Source: Pseudomonadales bacterium (GTDB lineage: Bacteria > Patescibacteriota > Microgenomatia > UBA1400 > PJMF01). From it: DNA of 64,000 nucleotides. The notes under the pieces were generated by a model. It worked only from the letters and a program-made list of their open reading frames with translations. It was not told the origin of the DNA and ran no database searches. Positions 8,911-18,096 of this stretch are shown piece after piece (position 1 is the first letter of the stretch; the number at the start of each line of letters is the position of its first letter). Made by a program: the position numbers and the translations under genes. The stretch covers positions 465,892 to 529,891 of the forward strand of contig JACKFW010000001.1 of NCBI GenBank assembly GCA_020632265.1, in the 5' to 3' direction.

Positions 8911-10362
8911 TTTTTCTAAATCATGAGAATCATTAAGATTTTCAAGTGGTTTCCACAATTTTGTAAGTCTGGTATTGGTTATTTTTCCATCTTTAAAATC
9001 ACAGTTCCAAAGTACTGATTTTAATAAATCTCTTTTAACTTCATCATCTCCTTCTTCAAAAACTTTAGATAGCTGTACAGCGCTATTTTTTATTTCTTCA
9101 ACAAGTTCCAAAGTTTCTAGAGCCCCTTTGTTATTTTTTTGCTTAAGAAGTACAGAGAGCTGAGCAAGTTCATTTTCAAATTCAATCTTTCTTTCGTTAT
9201 AACGATCAAAAGAAATTTGTTCATCAATATAAATATTCTCAAGTCTTGTTAATTTTCTTTTAAGACCTGAAACTTGTTGTTTAATTGTGTCTTTGTTATC
9301 TTTTTTATTAGCATCCTCTTTTAATAAAGATTGTTTGTATAAATCAAATGATTTATTTGCTCTTTCTGGATCTAGCGTAAAACCTCCAAAGAAATCTTGA
9401 AACAAATCTGAAATATGTTTTTTATTCCAATAGGTTGTATGTTGGGAGCACTTTCCTTTTCCATTTGTGCATCTGTAATAAATATATTTTCCTTTAGCAA
9501 TTCCTGCTGTAACTTTACAACCACATTCAGCACAATTTAGAAAATCTCTAAAAACAAAATTAAGTTTCTGTTTTTTAGGTCTGCTTTTATTTTCAAATCT
9601 AGCTTGAACCTTATCGAACAAATCTTTAGAAATTAAAGGCTTGTGCTTGCCTTCATGGAGTTGTCCTTTTCTGTTAATCACTCCGTAATATTCAGGATTT
9701 ATTAGCTGTCTATATAAACTAGAAGTGCCAACTTTTTTACCACTTCTTGATCTATAACCTTCACTTGCCAATTTTTTAGCTAGAGTTTTAACCGAATGTT
9801 CACCACCAGAAAATAATTCAAACGCTCTTTTAATGAAAGGAGCTCTGATAGGATCTGGTTCAATTCCTTTTCCCGGCTGAATGTTTATGTAGCCGATTGG
9901 AACATAACTTGGATATTCTCCTTTTAATAGTTTGCTTTCATTCCCAGCTTTAACTTTTACTGATAGATCTCTTGAAAATTGAGATGCTAAAACAAAATCA
10001 AATCCCATGTAAAATAGTGAAGAAGCATCTTGAAAAACAGTGGTTAAAGTTCTAACTTCTTTGAGTAGTCCTGTTTCAATCATCTTAATTACGAAACCAG
10101 CATCTATTAAATTTCTAGCTAGTCTGTCAGTGTGTACCACCAAAATCGAATCTGCTTCTCCATTCTTGATTCTGTCCAACATGTTATAAAACAAAGGTCT
10201 ATTTTGATCTGTTTTAGCACTTTTTGATTCTTTGATAATATCAACAACTTCCAACTTCAAACTACTAGCTAAATCTAATAAAAGGCGTTGTTGAGTACCA
10301 AGAGATTGAGTTTGTCTAGAATCTTCTTCAGATGATTTTCTACAATAAATAAAATGTTTCAT
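8899..10362 (-). CDS. large serine recombinase (resolvase/invertase N-domain plus recombinase and zinc-ribbon domains)
   Basis: 487 aa with the N-terminal YCRKSSEEDSRQ catalytic-serine motif and ...VHTDRLARN. The C-terminal region has a Cys cluster (CAECGCK...YYRC). The 3' end overlaps the tRNA-Ser(GGA) 3' end by 12 bp. Confidence 0.8.
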   Translation of the reverse strand: MKHFIYCRKSSEEDSRQTQSLGTQQRLLLDLASSLKLEVVDIIKESKSAKTDQNRPLFYNMLDRIKNGEADSILVVHTDRLARNLIDAGFVIKMIETGLLKEVRTLTTVFQDASSLFYMGFDFVLASQFSRDLSVKVKAGNESKLLKGEYPSYVPIGYINIQPGKGIEPDPIRAPFIKRAFELFSGGEHSVKTLAKKLASEGYRSRSGKKVGTSSLYRQLINPEYYGVINRKGQLHEGKHKPLISKDLFDKVQARFENKSRPKKQKLNFVFRDFLNCAECGCKVTAGIAKGKYIYYRCTNGKGKCSQHTTYWNKKHISDLFQDFFGGFTLDPERANKSFDLYKQSLLKEDANKKDNKDTIKQQVSGLKRKLTRLENIYIDEQISFDRYNERKIEFENELAQLSVLLKQKNNKGALETLELVEEIKNSAVQLSKVFEEGDDEVKRDLLKSVLWNCDFKDGKITNTRLTKLWKPLENLNDSHDLEKWRR

Positions 10363-11237
10363 GATGAATCCTTAAGGGCAGGGAGATTTAAAGTATTATA
10401 CACACTATATTCGCAATCCCCATTTCTTTTTGTTTCAAATATATTTTTATAACTTGGTATTATTTCATTTAATCTTGTGAGAATCTTTTCTGCCTCATAT
10501 CCATATAAAGTAACAGGTTGTTTTAAATTTCTAGAACCAGAATATGCTCTTTTTCCATTGAGTCTCGGATCATCAACGCTTTTTGATAAGTACTTAGCCA
10601 TATATCCAGCTATCCTATCAAGAGTTTTTCTATTAATTTTAACAAAACCAAGCTTCCACCATTTTTCAAGTAATTTTTTAGGTATATAAGGCAAATTACA
10701 AGCTAAATGAAAATGAATAGCTCCTCGATTGTTTTTATCTTGAAATTCAATAACCCAAACATATTTTAAATTAGGATATTTATATTTTAGCAACCTTAAG
10801 AAGTTTTTTAAGTATGCTGTACACTCATCAACATTTGTAATATCTAATCCGCAATCATCTTTTAAGGTAAGAACTATTGATTTAAAAAATCCCTGAAAAT
10901 TAGTATTGATAATTCTTTTAACTTTGAAAGATCGTCTAGTTCCAGTTCTTTTTGAATATTCATCACTTCTATCTTTTTGAGATCCAAAATTATTTAAGTT
11001 TGTATGCGGGAGATTTACAACAATTGGATCTTGATAGATATACTTTTCAACAAAATCTCCTGAAACAATAATTTTTAAATTCGTAGCAAAGGGTTTTGGA
11101 ACATGAATATTGGCTGATATTCTTCGTTCTAGTTTGACGGTATTATCAAGTCTAGTAGTGTGCTCGGGCACACTAGGAAGAGCAAGACCTAAAGGTCTAG
11201 CACCAAGAATATCTTGAACATCATTTTTTAACAACAA
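10359..11237 (-). CDS. rolling-circle replication initiator, Rep_1 (pC194/pUB110-like) HUH family
   Basis: 292 aa with motif II GAIHFHLACNL (HUH) and motif III GYMAKYLSKSVDD (AKYxxK..D, active-site Tyr). Its start overlaps the recombinase start by 4 nt, suggesting an operon. Confidence 0.6.
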   Translation of the reverse strand: MLLKNDVQDILGARPLGLALPSVPEHTTRLDNTVKLERRISANIHVPKPFATNLKIIVSGDFVEKYIYQDPIVVNLPHTNLNNFGSQKDRSDEYSKRTGTRRSFKVKRIINTNFQGFFKSIVLTLKDDCGLDITNVDECTAYLKNFLRLLKYKYPNLKYVWVIEFQDKNNRGAIHFHLACNLPYIPKKLLEKWWKLGFVKINRKTLDRIAGYMAKYLSKSVDDPRLNGKRAYSGSRNLKQPVTLYGYEAEKILTRLNEIIPSYKNIFETKRNGDCEYSVYNTLNLPALKDSS

Positions 11238-11430
11238 TATTACTCCTTTCTTTTTGAAGGAGTGAATGACGATATAGCGCTCTACCTAAATAATATAAGG
11301 AACGATCAATTTCAAAATCAGAATTTTCTGGGGCAAGTATTTGTTGACTGGAATTTGTTTTAAGAGTTTTTTGTTTGTTAAGATCAACAGAAATTGCACC
11401 GCGCTTTAAGCGAGATGTATTTCTTTTCAT
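11221..11430 (-). CDS. small basic protein upstream of rep, hypothetical
   Basis: 69 aa, Lys/Arg-rich, translationally coupled to rep. Confidence 0.3.
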   Translation of the reverse strand: MKRNTSRLKRGAISVDLNKQKTLKTNSSQQILAPENSDFEIDRSLYYLGRALYRHSLLQKERSNIVVKK

Positions 11431-11540
11431 GTTTCATATTAGTCCATGAACGCAGACTCTTAATAATGAATATACAACATTTTTTTATAAACAAAAGAAT
11501 CAAAATGATTCAATCTGGGTTTTATTGAACAATAAATCCA

Positions 11541-11660
11541 GTGGTAAACCACGGGGAGGGGGAAACGATCCAGGGAGGTATCCGGCTTCGCTTCGCGAGC
11601 CTGCCTCCCTTCCATGCCCCTACGGGGCAACCAGGAAAGGAAAAAATCACATGCGAGCTA
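11541..11660. other. GC-rich highly structured element, candidate origin (dso/sso) or ncRNA of the integrated replicon
   Basis: ggggagggggaaacgatccagggaggtatccggcttcgcttcgcgagcctgcctcccttccatgcccctacgggg. A 7-bp stem agggagg/cctccct encloses a GGCT(t)CGC-TTC-GCG-AGCC hairpin, and there is a cccc-tac-gggg hairpin. Local GC is far above the surrounding DNA. Confidence 0.4.
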
Positions 11661-11758
11661 CGCTCGAAGTGATATAGAGGTAACTAACAAAAGTGAAATT
11701 TCAGAATTATGATAAAATTAAAACTGATATTTGAAATTATATAAAGAAATAAATGTGA

Positions 11759-12532
11759 ATGACAAAAATAAAAACAGAGACAGGAATATTGCCACACACT
11801 CTCTTAGTTCCAAATCCTGAAATAGAATCTTTATCAATTCATGAAAAAAACTTGCGTCAAAATTTTCCGAACTTTGAGAGAGTTTCTAATGATTACCTTG
11901 TTAATGAATTGAAAATGGGCAATCAATTTGCCGAAATAATGGATGAGCTGGGAAAAATGAAAAGAAGATTTGGCATTTGTGGAATTATTTCAGGAACAAG
12001 TTTGGCACTATTAACTAGCCCTGATTTTTATAATAATAGATTTAACTTTTCTCCAAAAGAATATAAAAGAATGTTTGATGAAAATATTAAAAAAGGTACA
12101 AAAAAACCTTTTGATTTATTTGCTGAACAATATCTTCTACAGGAGTTTTCCGTACCAGTACTACCTCCAATTATGTCAGCAGAAGGATTAAATAAAATAC
12201 TCTTTAATTTGAAAAGCAATCAGGGATTACATACTTGTGTTTTATGTGAATACGAGGAAGAAAAAGGAACACATACTCATTTTTTAGCTATTAAAAAAAT
12301 CGACCAAAAAAAACTTTTAGTTGTGGGTGACTTAAGCCCATTCGGTTTAAATTGTTGGGGTATTATAGTTCCAGTAGAAGATTATGCGGAGGCTTTAACA
12401 AAAGTAATTGGTGCGAGTTCAACAACAACTGTGAGTGATGCAATTATACAAACAAATATTAAATTTGGAGATGGATTGGATAATTCTAATATATTTGATA
12501 AAAATGCTTATATTTGGACTTTCGAAAACTAA
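11759..12532 (+). CDS. hypothetical protein (cassette 1), possible Cys/His peptidase-like
   Basis: 257 aa with conserved Cys (GICGIISG) and His (HTHFLAI) that could form a papain-like dyad. This is weak. Confidence 0.3.
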   Translation: MTKIKTETGILPHTLLVPNPEIESLSIHEKNLRQNFPNFERVSNDYLVNELKMGNQFAEIMDELGKMKRRFGICGIISGTSLALLTSPDFYNNRFNFSPKEYKRMFDENIKKGTKKPFDLFAEQYLLQEFSVPVLPPIMSAEGLNKILFNLKSNQGLHTCVLCEYEEEKGTHTHFLAIKKIDQKKLLVVGDLSPFGLNCWGIIVPVEDYAEALTKVIGASSTTTVSDAIIQTNIKFGDGLDNSNIFDKNAYIWTFEN

Positions 12533-12579
12533 TTTTATTGAAAATATAATGATTTATCAATATAAAGATTGCTTAAAAA

Positions 12580-12608
12580 AGTTCCAATTTCATCCCACAC
12601 TCTCCGCA
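12580..12608 (+). repeat. tRNA-Ser-3'-end-like cassette boundary repeat (variant B: AGTTCCAATTTCATCCCACnCTCTCCGCA)
   Basis: agttccaatttcatcccacactctccgca. It is nearly identical over 17 nt to the 3' end of tRNA-Ser(TGA), atccctcgctctccgca. Confidence 0.7.
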
Positions 12609-12611
12609 ATA

Positions 12612-13202
12612 TTAAAATAAATCTTTATACGCTACACTTCCCCAGATTGATTCCTGAGGAAATTCTGACTCTTTAATCTGTCTTACTGAAACACCATTAG
12701 TATCCATATGATCGAGTACAACACCACCTCCACTAGTTGCAACTTCTTCTAAAGAACTTACTATAACTATTTTTCCATTTGGGTTTATCTCATACATAGT
12801 TATAAATGTGTCTATATCGGTGGTCCACATTCGTTCTGGTTTTGGCTTATCTAGTGGATCAGTAATTCTATAAAGAACTACCAGTTTAGGATCTACACCT
12901 AACCTTTCTAACTCCTCAATTGGCAGTTGCTCCCCTTCTTCAAGGTCTTGTTGAGAAATTGAGGCACGATGTTCAATAGTTACCATGTGGAGTCCAGTCT
13001 CTTGGAGTTTGTGAACGATAATAGAAAAGTCATTTTGTTGCTTTACAAGATCAGCCACATTGACTCCAATTCTAGTTTCAATTATTTTAGCAAGTGATGG
13101 CATTCTTAAACCCTGAATTTCTGCGGCACCTTGGTCGACTAACCCTAATAAATTTTTTTTTCTAAATGTAGCATTAGTTGGTGATTCTGCAAAAAAAGTC
13201 AT
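12612..13202 (-). CDS. hypothetical protein (cassette 2)
   Basis: 196 aa with no recognisable motif. It is flanked on both sides by variant-B repeats. Confidence 0.4.
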   Translation of the reverse strand: MTFFAESPTNATFRKKNLLGLVDQGAAEIQGLRMPSLAKIIETRIGVNVADLVKQQNDFSIIVHKLQETGLHMVTIEHRASISQQDLEEGEQLPIEELERLGVDPKLVVLYRITDPLDKPKPERMWTTDIDTFITMYEINPNGKIVIVSSLEEVATSGGGVVLDHMDTNGVSVRQIKESEFPQESIWGSVAYKDLF

Positions 13203-13236
13203 AGTGAGATTGTATATTTTATGGCTAAATTAAAAA

Positions 13237-13330
13237 AGTTCCAATTTCATCCCACGCTCTCCGCATGTAGGGACTCCTGGCAGGAATTGTGTTAAAATTT
13301 GGATAGGTGTAGGGACTAGAGAACCTAAAC
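13237..13330 (+). repeat. full cassette junction unit (variant-B core plus promoter-like module)
   Basis: agttccaatttcatcccacgctctccgca then tgtagggactcctggcaggaattgtgttaaaatttggataggtgtagggactagagaacctaaac. It ends 10 bp before the next start codon. Confidence 0.7.
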
Positions 13331-13340
13331 ATATCTTATT

Positions 13341-14183
13341 ATGAAATTTTCAATTATTGTTCCAACTTATAACAGAGCATATATACTTCGAAATCTAATT
13401 AGATCAGTCTTAAACCAAACTTATAATGATTGGGAGTTACTAATAGTTGATGATGGTTCTACTGATTCCACTAAAGAAGTTGTGAAAAAAATTAGTGATA
13501 AAAGGATTATTTTCCTTGAACAAGAAAATCAAGGTCCTTCTGCTGCCAGAAATTATGCTTTAAGTAAATCTACTGGTAAATGGATTGCTTATATTGATAG
13601 TGATAATGAGTTATTGTCGAATTATCTTGATGTTTTATTAATCTTTATTCAAAAAAATCCGGAAGCATTGTTTAGTATTACTAAAGGTATTAGAACATTA
13701 GAACTATTTGAAAATGATCAGCTGGTCGACATTATTGATGATTCTGATAATTATCCTAAAACTGTTTCCGTTGAGGATGTCTATACAAGAAAAGTTAAGT
13801 TTGACATTAATGGATTCGCTCATTCAAAAAAAATATACAACGATGATTATCAGTGGAATGAAGATTTGTCCTTAATGGAAGATTGGGATTTTTTCATGCA
13901 GTTTGCTGATAAATACAAAGATGGACTTGTTTACATTAACATTCCAGTTTTTCACTATCACCAAAGATTTGGAACAGATGGTCTCGTATCAAATGCTAGT
14001 TATAAAGATTGGGCTAAAGCCTTTGAAACAATTTATCAAAGACATAAAAATTCAAAATATATTAAAAATCAAGAATGGTATCCACAAAGAGTTGAAAAAT
14101 ATATACAATTAGCAGTACAGGAAAAAAAAGGAGAAGCAAAACCTGCCTATCTTAAGTATTTCCCAAACTTTGTTTCAAGCTAG
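13341..14183 (+). CDS. family 2 glycosyltransferase (cassette 3)
   Basis: 280 aa with the N-terminal FSIIVPTYNRAYIL...LIVDDGSTD GT2 signature. Confidence 0.75.
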   Translation: MKFSIIVPTYNRAYILRNLIRSVLNQTYNDWELLIVDDGSTDSTKEVVKKISDKRIIFLEQENQGPSAARNYALSKSTGKWIAYIDSDNELLSNYLDVLLIFIQKNPEALFSITKGIRTLELFENDQLVDIIDDSDNYPKTVSVEDVYTRKVKFDINGFAHSKKIYNDDYQWNEDLSLMEDWDFFMQFADKYKDGLVYINIPVFHYHQRFGTDGLVSNASYKDWAKAFETIYQRHKNSKYIKNQEWYPQRVEKYIQLAVQEKKGEAKPAYLKYFPNFVSS

Positions 14184-14214
14184 GATTAAAAAGGTTATTT
14201 TGATTTGAATAGTA

Positions 14215-14308
14215 GGTTCTAACTTGGTACACACACCTCCGCAAGTCAGAACTCCAGGCAAAGAATGTGATAAAATTAGGATAGGTGTAGGGACAGTAGA
14301 ACCTACAT
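14215..14308 (+). repeat. full cassette junction unit (variant-A core GGTTCTAACTTGGTACACACACCTCCGCA plus promoter-like module)
   Basis: ggttctaacttggtacacacacctccgca then agtcagaactccaggcaaagaatgtgataaaattaggataggtgtagggacagtagaacctaca. The core resembles the tRNA-Ser(GGA) 3' end ggttcgaatcccttcacctccgcca. Confidence 0.7.
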
Positions 14309-14331
14309 TAAATTATCAATAGAATATACAT

Positions 14332-15186
14332 ATGTCAGTAGAAGGCTATCGACCAGAAAGAATTCCAACAAGAAGAATAGAAGGTTCTGAAATTAGTACT
14401 TTCAGAGAAATAACTATCGATGAAACTGATCCTGTTGATCTATTTGATATTAGCTGGCCAAATTATAATGCCGGAATTAAGTTTAAAAAAGTTGGATCTT
14501 ATTCTAAGAAACGCTATGGTGTTGAAGAAAGATACCCACTTTATGAAGCAATTGCAATTTTTAAAGATTTAAAGAATAAAGTTCATGAAATAAATTTAAC
14601 AAAGACAACGAGTAGAAAAAGATGCTTATTTACAGGATCAAATTCTGGTTTTTTTATGCATGATCCTGCTTGGGTAGGCATTGATTCGGATTATTATGTT
14701 GTTGGAATTAATCCACGGGAATTACAAGCAGATATTAGAAGACAGATAGCAACTTATCACGAACTTGGACATGCAGAAATTGTGGATCATGGATATGATA
14801 CTCAATTGCTTAAAGGATCTACAACTATGAAAGATAAAGATTTACCTGCTATTTCTATGATTAAAGCTTATGCTAAGAAAGTAAAAGATGCTTTAATTGG
14901 TGCAAGGTATGATATAGAAAAAATAAAAAACATTACTATTACACCACAGATATTATTTGCTCTAATGAATGATGATACTGAAATTGATTCAAGCATAAGA
15001 TTGTTTCATGAAAGAAATGCTTGGGCTGGTGGAGATAAACTTATAAGAAAGCATAAATTTCCAATTGGTTTTGAAAAGAAGAGCTCTTTAAGAGAATATA
15101 GTCAATTTTGTTTAGAAACATATGCAAGATATTATAGTGAAGCAAAATTTACAAAAGGTATGAGAGATCGGAAAAATAGGTTCTAA
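14332..15186 (+). CDS. hypothetical protein with HExxH zinc-metallopeptidase-like motif (cassette 4)
   Basis: 284 aa containing IATYHELGHAEIVDHGYD (HExxH). The TAA stop lies inside the TTCTAAC of the following repeat. Confidence 0.4.
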   Translation: MSVEGYRPERIPTRRIEGSEISTFREITIDETDPVDLFDISWPNYNAGIKFKKVGSYSKKRYGVEERYPLYEAIAIFKDLKNKVHEINLTKTTSRKRCLFTGSNSGFFMHDPAWVGIDSDYYVVGINPRELQADIRRQIATYHELGHAEIVDHGYDTQLLKGSTTMKDKDLPAISMIKAYAKKVKDALIGARYDIEKIKNITITPQILFALMNDDTEIDSSIRLFHERNAWAGGDKLIRKHKFPIGFEKKSSLREYSQFCLETYARYYSEAKFTKGMRDRKNRF

Positions 15187-15208
15187 CTTTGTACACACAC
15201 CTCCGCCA
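15179..15208 (+). repeat. variant-A core repeat overlapping the upstream stop codon
   Basis: ggttctaactttgtacacacacctccgcca, followed by an A-run/T-run hairpin aaaaaaaataacctttttgggtatttttttt. Confidence 0.7.
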
Positions 15209-15229
15209 TAAAAAAAATAACCTTTTTGG

Positions 15230-15400
15230 GTATTTTTTTTATGACGAAATGGCAAAAGGCATGGAGAAGATTGTTCACACCAGCACCTTCAGCACCTACT
15301 GAATGCATGTTCCCACAATTGCCTTACTTCGTATATCCTTGCTAGCTTCCTAGCGCAGCATTAAGTTGCAAACTTCAGAATATCTTGGACTACTCATATA
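15230..15400. repeat. internal copy of the tRNA-Ser(GGA) att-flank region
   Basis: caaaaggcatggagaagattgttcacaccagcacc...gcatgt... is homologous to 21690-21760 (tgcaaaaagattgttcgcaccagtaag...tagtgcatgtgag), which directly precedes the terminal att copy. Confidence 0.45.
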
Positions 15401-15411
15401 AAATAATTTTC

Positions 15412-16335
15412 TTACGCCCATACTAGTGGATGGTCAGAATCCTTCTTTCTCAGAATTGTTGAAAATAGTTTTTTTCCTTTGTTGGGACCAATTTCCACTT
15501 GTAAAATTCTGTTAAGATGAAAATCAGTTAATGCTCTTTCATAAGCAATATCAAAAGATGGCTTAGTTTCATAATTCATAAGAGAACTCTCATTTCCAAT
15601 GGGTGATGGTTCTCTTGATGAGAAAGAAGAATCAATAAAAATACCGTTTTGTGATAAAAGCTCAAAAATGCGTGGTACATGAAATTCTGGGATGTTACTA
15701 TGAACTAAAGACATTCTACTGTGAATCAAGTTAACATTCCCAATAAGTGGTATCACTCCACTCTCAGTTTTAATCTTTAATTGTCTAAATGATTTCACAT
15801 CTTTTGTATCATTGCCAGTTAGTTCTGCTTCCACATATTCAACTAAATTATTTTCTAAAGCATATATTATTGGAGACATATCTAAACCAACATTCGCAAG
15901 TCTAGATTCAGCTGCTAGATGTATATCAAAATTTTGCTCAATATTTGAAATGATAAGCTTTACTTTTCCTTCATTAATCTCATTTTCCAATATTCTTGCA
16001 ATTCTGCAAAAACTCAAACCCAGTCCTCCTCCAAAATCTAAAACTACAATAGGACCACCTCCATCTTTTTTCTCAAGTAGTTGAAGGATCATTTGTTCGA
16101 GACTTTTTTCTATACCTAATAGACTTTCTTTTGTTTCTTCTGTTCTATAAATACTTTCACTCACTCCCATGAGAGTTGATGTACCAAAATCTGCGCTGAA
16201 AACAGGCTTGCTGTAGTCACCAATAGCAAATGACCAAGCTTCACCTGATTCTTCCTTGCCCATTGAACGATATCTTTTATTTTCTAAATGTTGTCTTTTT
16301 AATCTTTTATGAAAATTTCTAAATTCTTGGTTCAT
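15412..16335 (-). CDS. class I SAM-dependent methyltransferase-like protein (cassette 5)
   Basis: 307 aa with motif I VVLDFGGGLGLSF and a downstream acidic residue pattern typical of the Rossmann-fold MTase. Confidence 0.5.
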   Translation of the reverse strand: MNQEFRNFHKRLKRQHLENKRYRSMGKEESGEAWSFAIGDYSKPVFSADFGTSTLMGVSESIYRTEETKESLLGIEKSLEQMILQLLEKKDGGGPIVVLDFGGGLGLSFCRIARILENEINEGKVKLIISNIEQNFDIHLAAESRLANVGLDMSPIIYALENNLVEYVEAELTGNDTKDVKSFRQLKIKTESGVIPLIGNVNLIHSRMSLVHSNIPEFHVPRIFELLSQNGIFIDSSFSSREPSPIGNESSLMNYETKPSFDIAYERALTDFHLNRILQVEIGPNKGKKLFSTILRKKDSDHPLVWA

Positions 16336-16475
16336 ATATATTATATATTACACAACTATATCAAGAAATGATAGGATAATTGGTATATATTGGTCTCATA
16401 TATAGATGGTTTTTTTGCAAGCAATATTTTTTCCAAAGTAAGTCCTCAAATTGGAGAAGTTATTTCTTTTAAAAA

Positions 16476-16569
16476 AGTTCCAATTTCATCCCATGCCCCC
16501 CGCAAGTCAGAACTCCAGGTTAGGAATGTGATAAAATTGGGACAGGTATAAGGAATTTAGAACCTAAAA
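16476..16569 (+). repeat. full cassette junction unit (variant-B core plus promoter-like module)
   Basis: agttccaatttcatcccatgccccccgca then agtcagaactccaggttaggaatgtgataaaattgggacaggtataaggaatttagaacctaaaat. Confidence 0.7.
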
Positions 16570-16573
16570 TACA

Positions 16574-17269
16574 ATGAACACAACTAATTTAACAATTAAT
16601 CTTCAAAAAATAATTAAAATTCTTTCTAAAAACAAACATTTAGAATTTTCTCATACCCAATTAGGAAAAATTTCGGAAAATGAAATTAATACTCCAATTG
16701 GAGACGCAATATCACTTTTTTCAAATAAAAAATGTAAACTTTCAAATGATTTGATTGATCTAGAGCTATTAGAAAAATTGGTTAGCCAGTTAACAAAAAA
16801 TAGCTCAATAATTCGTCCAAGTCATATAGGTTTTTGCTATAAAGTTTTATCAGTAAATGATGAGAAGATCAGAATATCTAATTTAGCAAAAGAATCAGAT
16901 TTAGATTTATACCAAGAGGAATCAAATGATGATGGTCTATGGCTTTTTGTTGGAGATGCAAATAAATGGGAAGAGCCAGTTATTGAATTAATTCCAATAG
17001 AATCCACAAATGATAAATATGTAGATTATTGGTTGCCTCACATTCAAATAGATATTGATACAAATTTAACTGGAGAAGAAATAGATAAAATTGTTAAATC
17101 TATTTTTGGAAACAAGATAATTCCATTTTTTATCAAAATTGATGGTGCAACTTATATTATTAGAAATAGGTTAGGTGTTATTGATGGAGTGAATATTTTT
17201 CTTGACTTAGCAACAAATTCTAGAAAAGTTAAATACTTAAGGCAAGAGTTGTGGAAGAAGATTGTATAA
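16574..17269 (+). CDS. hypothetical protein (cassette 6)
   Basis: 231 aa with no motif recognised. Confidence 0.4.
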   Translation: MNTTNLTINLQKIIKILSKNKHLEFSHTQLGKISENEINTPIGDAISLFSNKKCKLSNDLIDLELLEKLVSQLTKNSSIIRPSHIGFCYKVLSVNDEKIRISNLAKESDLDLYQEESNDDGLWLFVGDANKWEEPVIELIPIESTNDKYVDYWLPHIQIDIDTNLTGEEIDKIVKSIFGNKIIPFFIKIDGATYIIRNRLGVIDGVNIFLDLATNSRKVKYLRQELWKKIV

Positions 17270-17274
17270 AATAG

Positions 17275-17303
17275 GTTCTAACTTGGTACACACACCTCCG
17301 CAA
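17275..17303 (+). repeat. variant-A core repeat
   Basis: ggttctaacttggtacacacacctccgca, 5 bp after the stop of the upstream gene. Confidence 0.7.
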
Positions 17304-17372
17304 GTGATAACAGATCATTTTTTGTGATATACTAAAATTCAATTATTATTATCTACATAATAGGAACATTTT

Positions 17373-17765
17373 ATGAACACCTATGATCAATACAGTCCAA
17401 ATCAGGAAGAAGTAGAAGCATGGACTAACAAAGTTATATCATTAGATATTTTATCAGATGAACAAAAGGAAGAAATAAAAAGACTCAGAGAAAAAAATGG
17501 TTGGGAAGATTTACCTCAGGAATTAGCAGAGATTATTTATAAATTTATTCCTTATTCATTTGATTTATTATCCTTTTCTCGTTTCGTTAATTTATATTTA
17601 GATGCTAATGATCAAGAAAGAGATAAAGCTAAAGAATTAATTCTAAGTTTAGATAATGTGAAAATGACACGAAAACAAGCATTCGATTTTGTAATTTTCA
17701 CTCTAGATGGATCAATTAGTGAGGCTGTAGAAAAAATCAGGTCAGGACAGCCTATATATAGCTAA
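17373..17765 (+). CDS. hypothetical protein (cassette 7)
   Basis: 130 aa, acidic, with no motif. Confidence 0.4.
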   Translation: MNTYDQYSPNQEEVEAWTNKVISLDILSDEQKEEIKRLREKNGWEDLPQELAEIIYKFIPYSFDLLSFSRFVNLYLDANDQERDKAKELILSLDNVKMTRKQAFDFVIFTLDGSISEAVEKIRSGQPIYS

Positions 17766-17976
17766 GTTAAAAAATATTTTATTATATTGCTTTTATAATA
17801 ATTAGTTTATCAATAATTTATACTATCACTCAAGACAAATTTTTTTGCATATATGGGCTGTGGAGGACTACATTAATAGGCCTAGTAAATAAATGTATTA
17901 ACGGATTTGTTTGTGCGTCTAATCAGATTCCAAACTTTTCTGGATGTGGTGGTACTTGTAAACCCAAATAATAATA

Positions 17977-18006
17977 GGCTCTAAATTGGTACACACAGCT
18001 CCACCA
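17977..18006 (+). repeat. degenerate variant-A core repeat
   Basis: ggctctaaattggtacacacagctccacca. Confidence 0.5.
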
Positions 18007-18096
18007 AACAGGATAATACCCCCTTTATCAAAGTCGATATTAGTTTAATATATGTTGCTTAGTTTATGGTTTAATGTGTCGTTTTAATTTCAAGCT

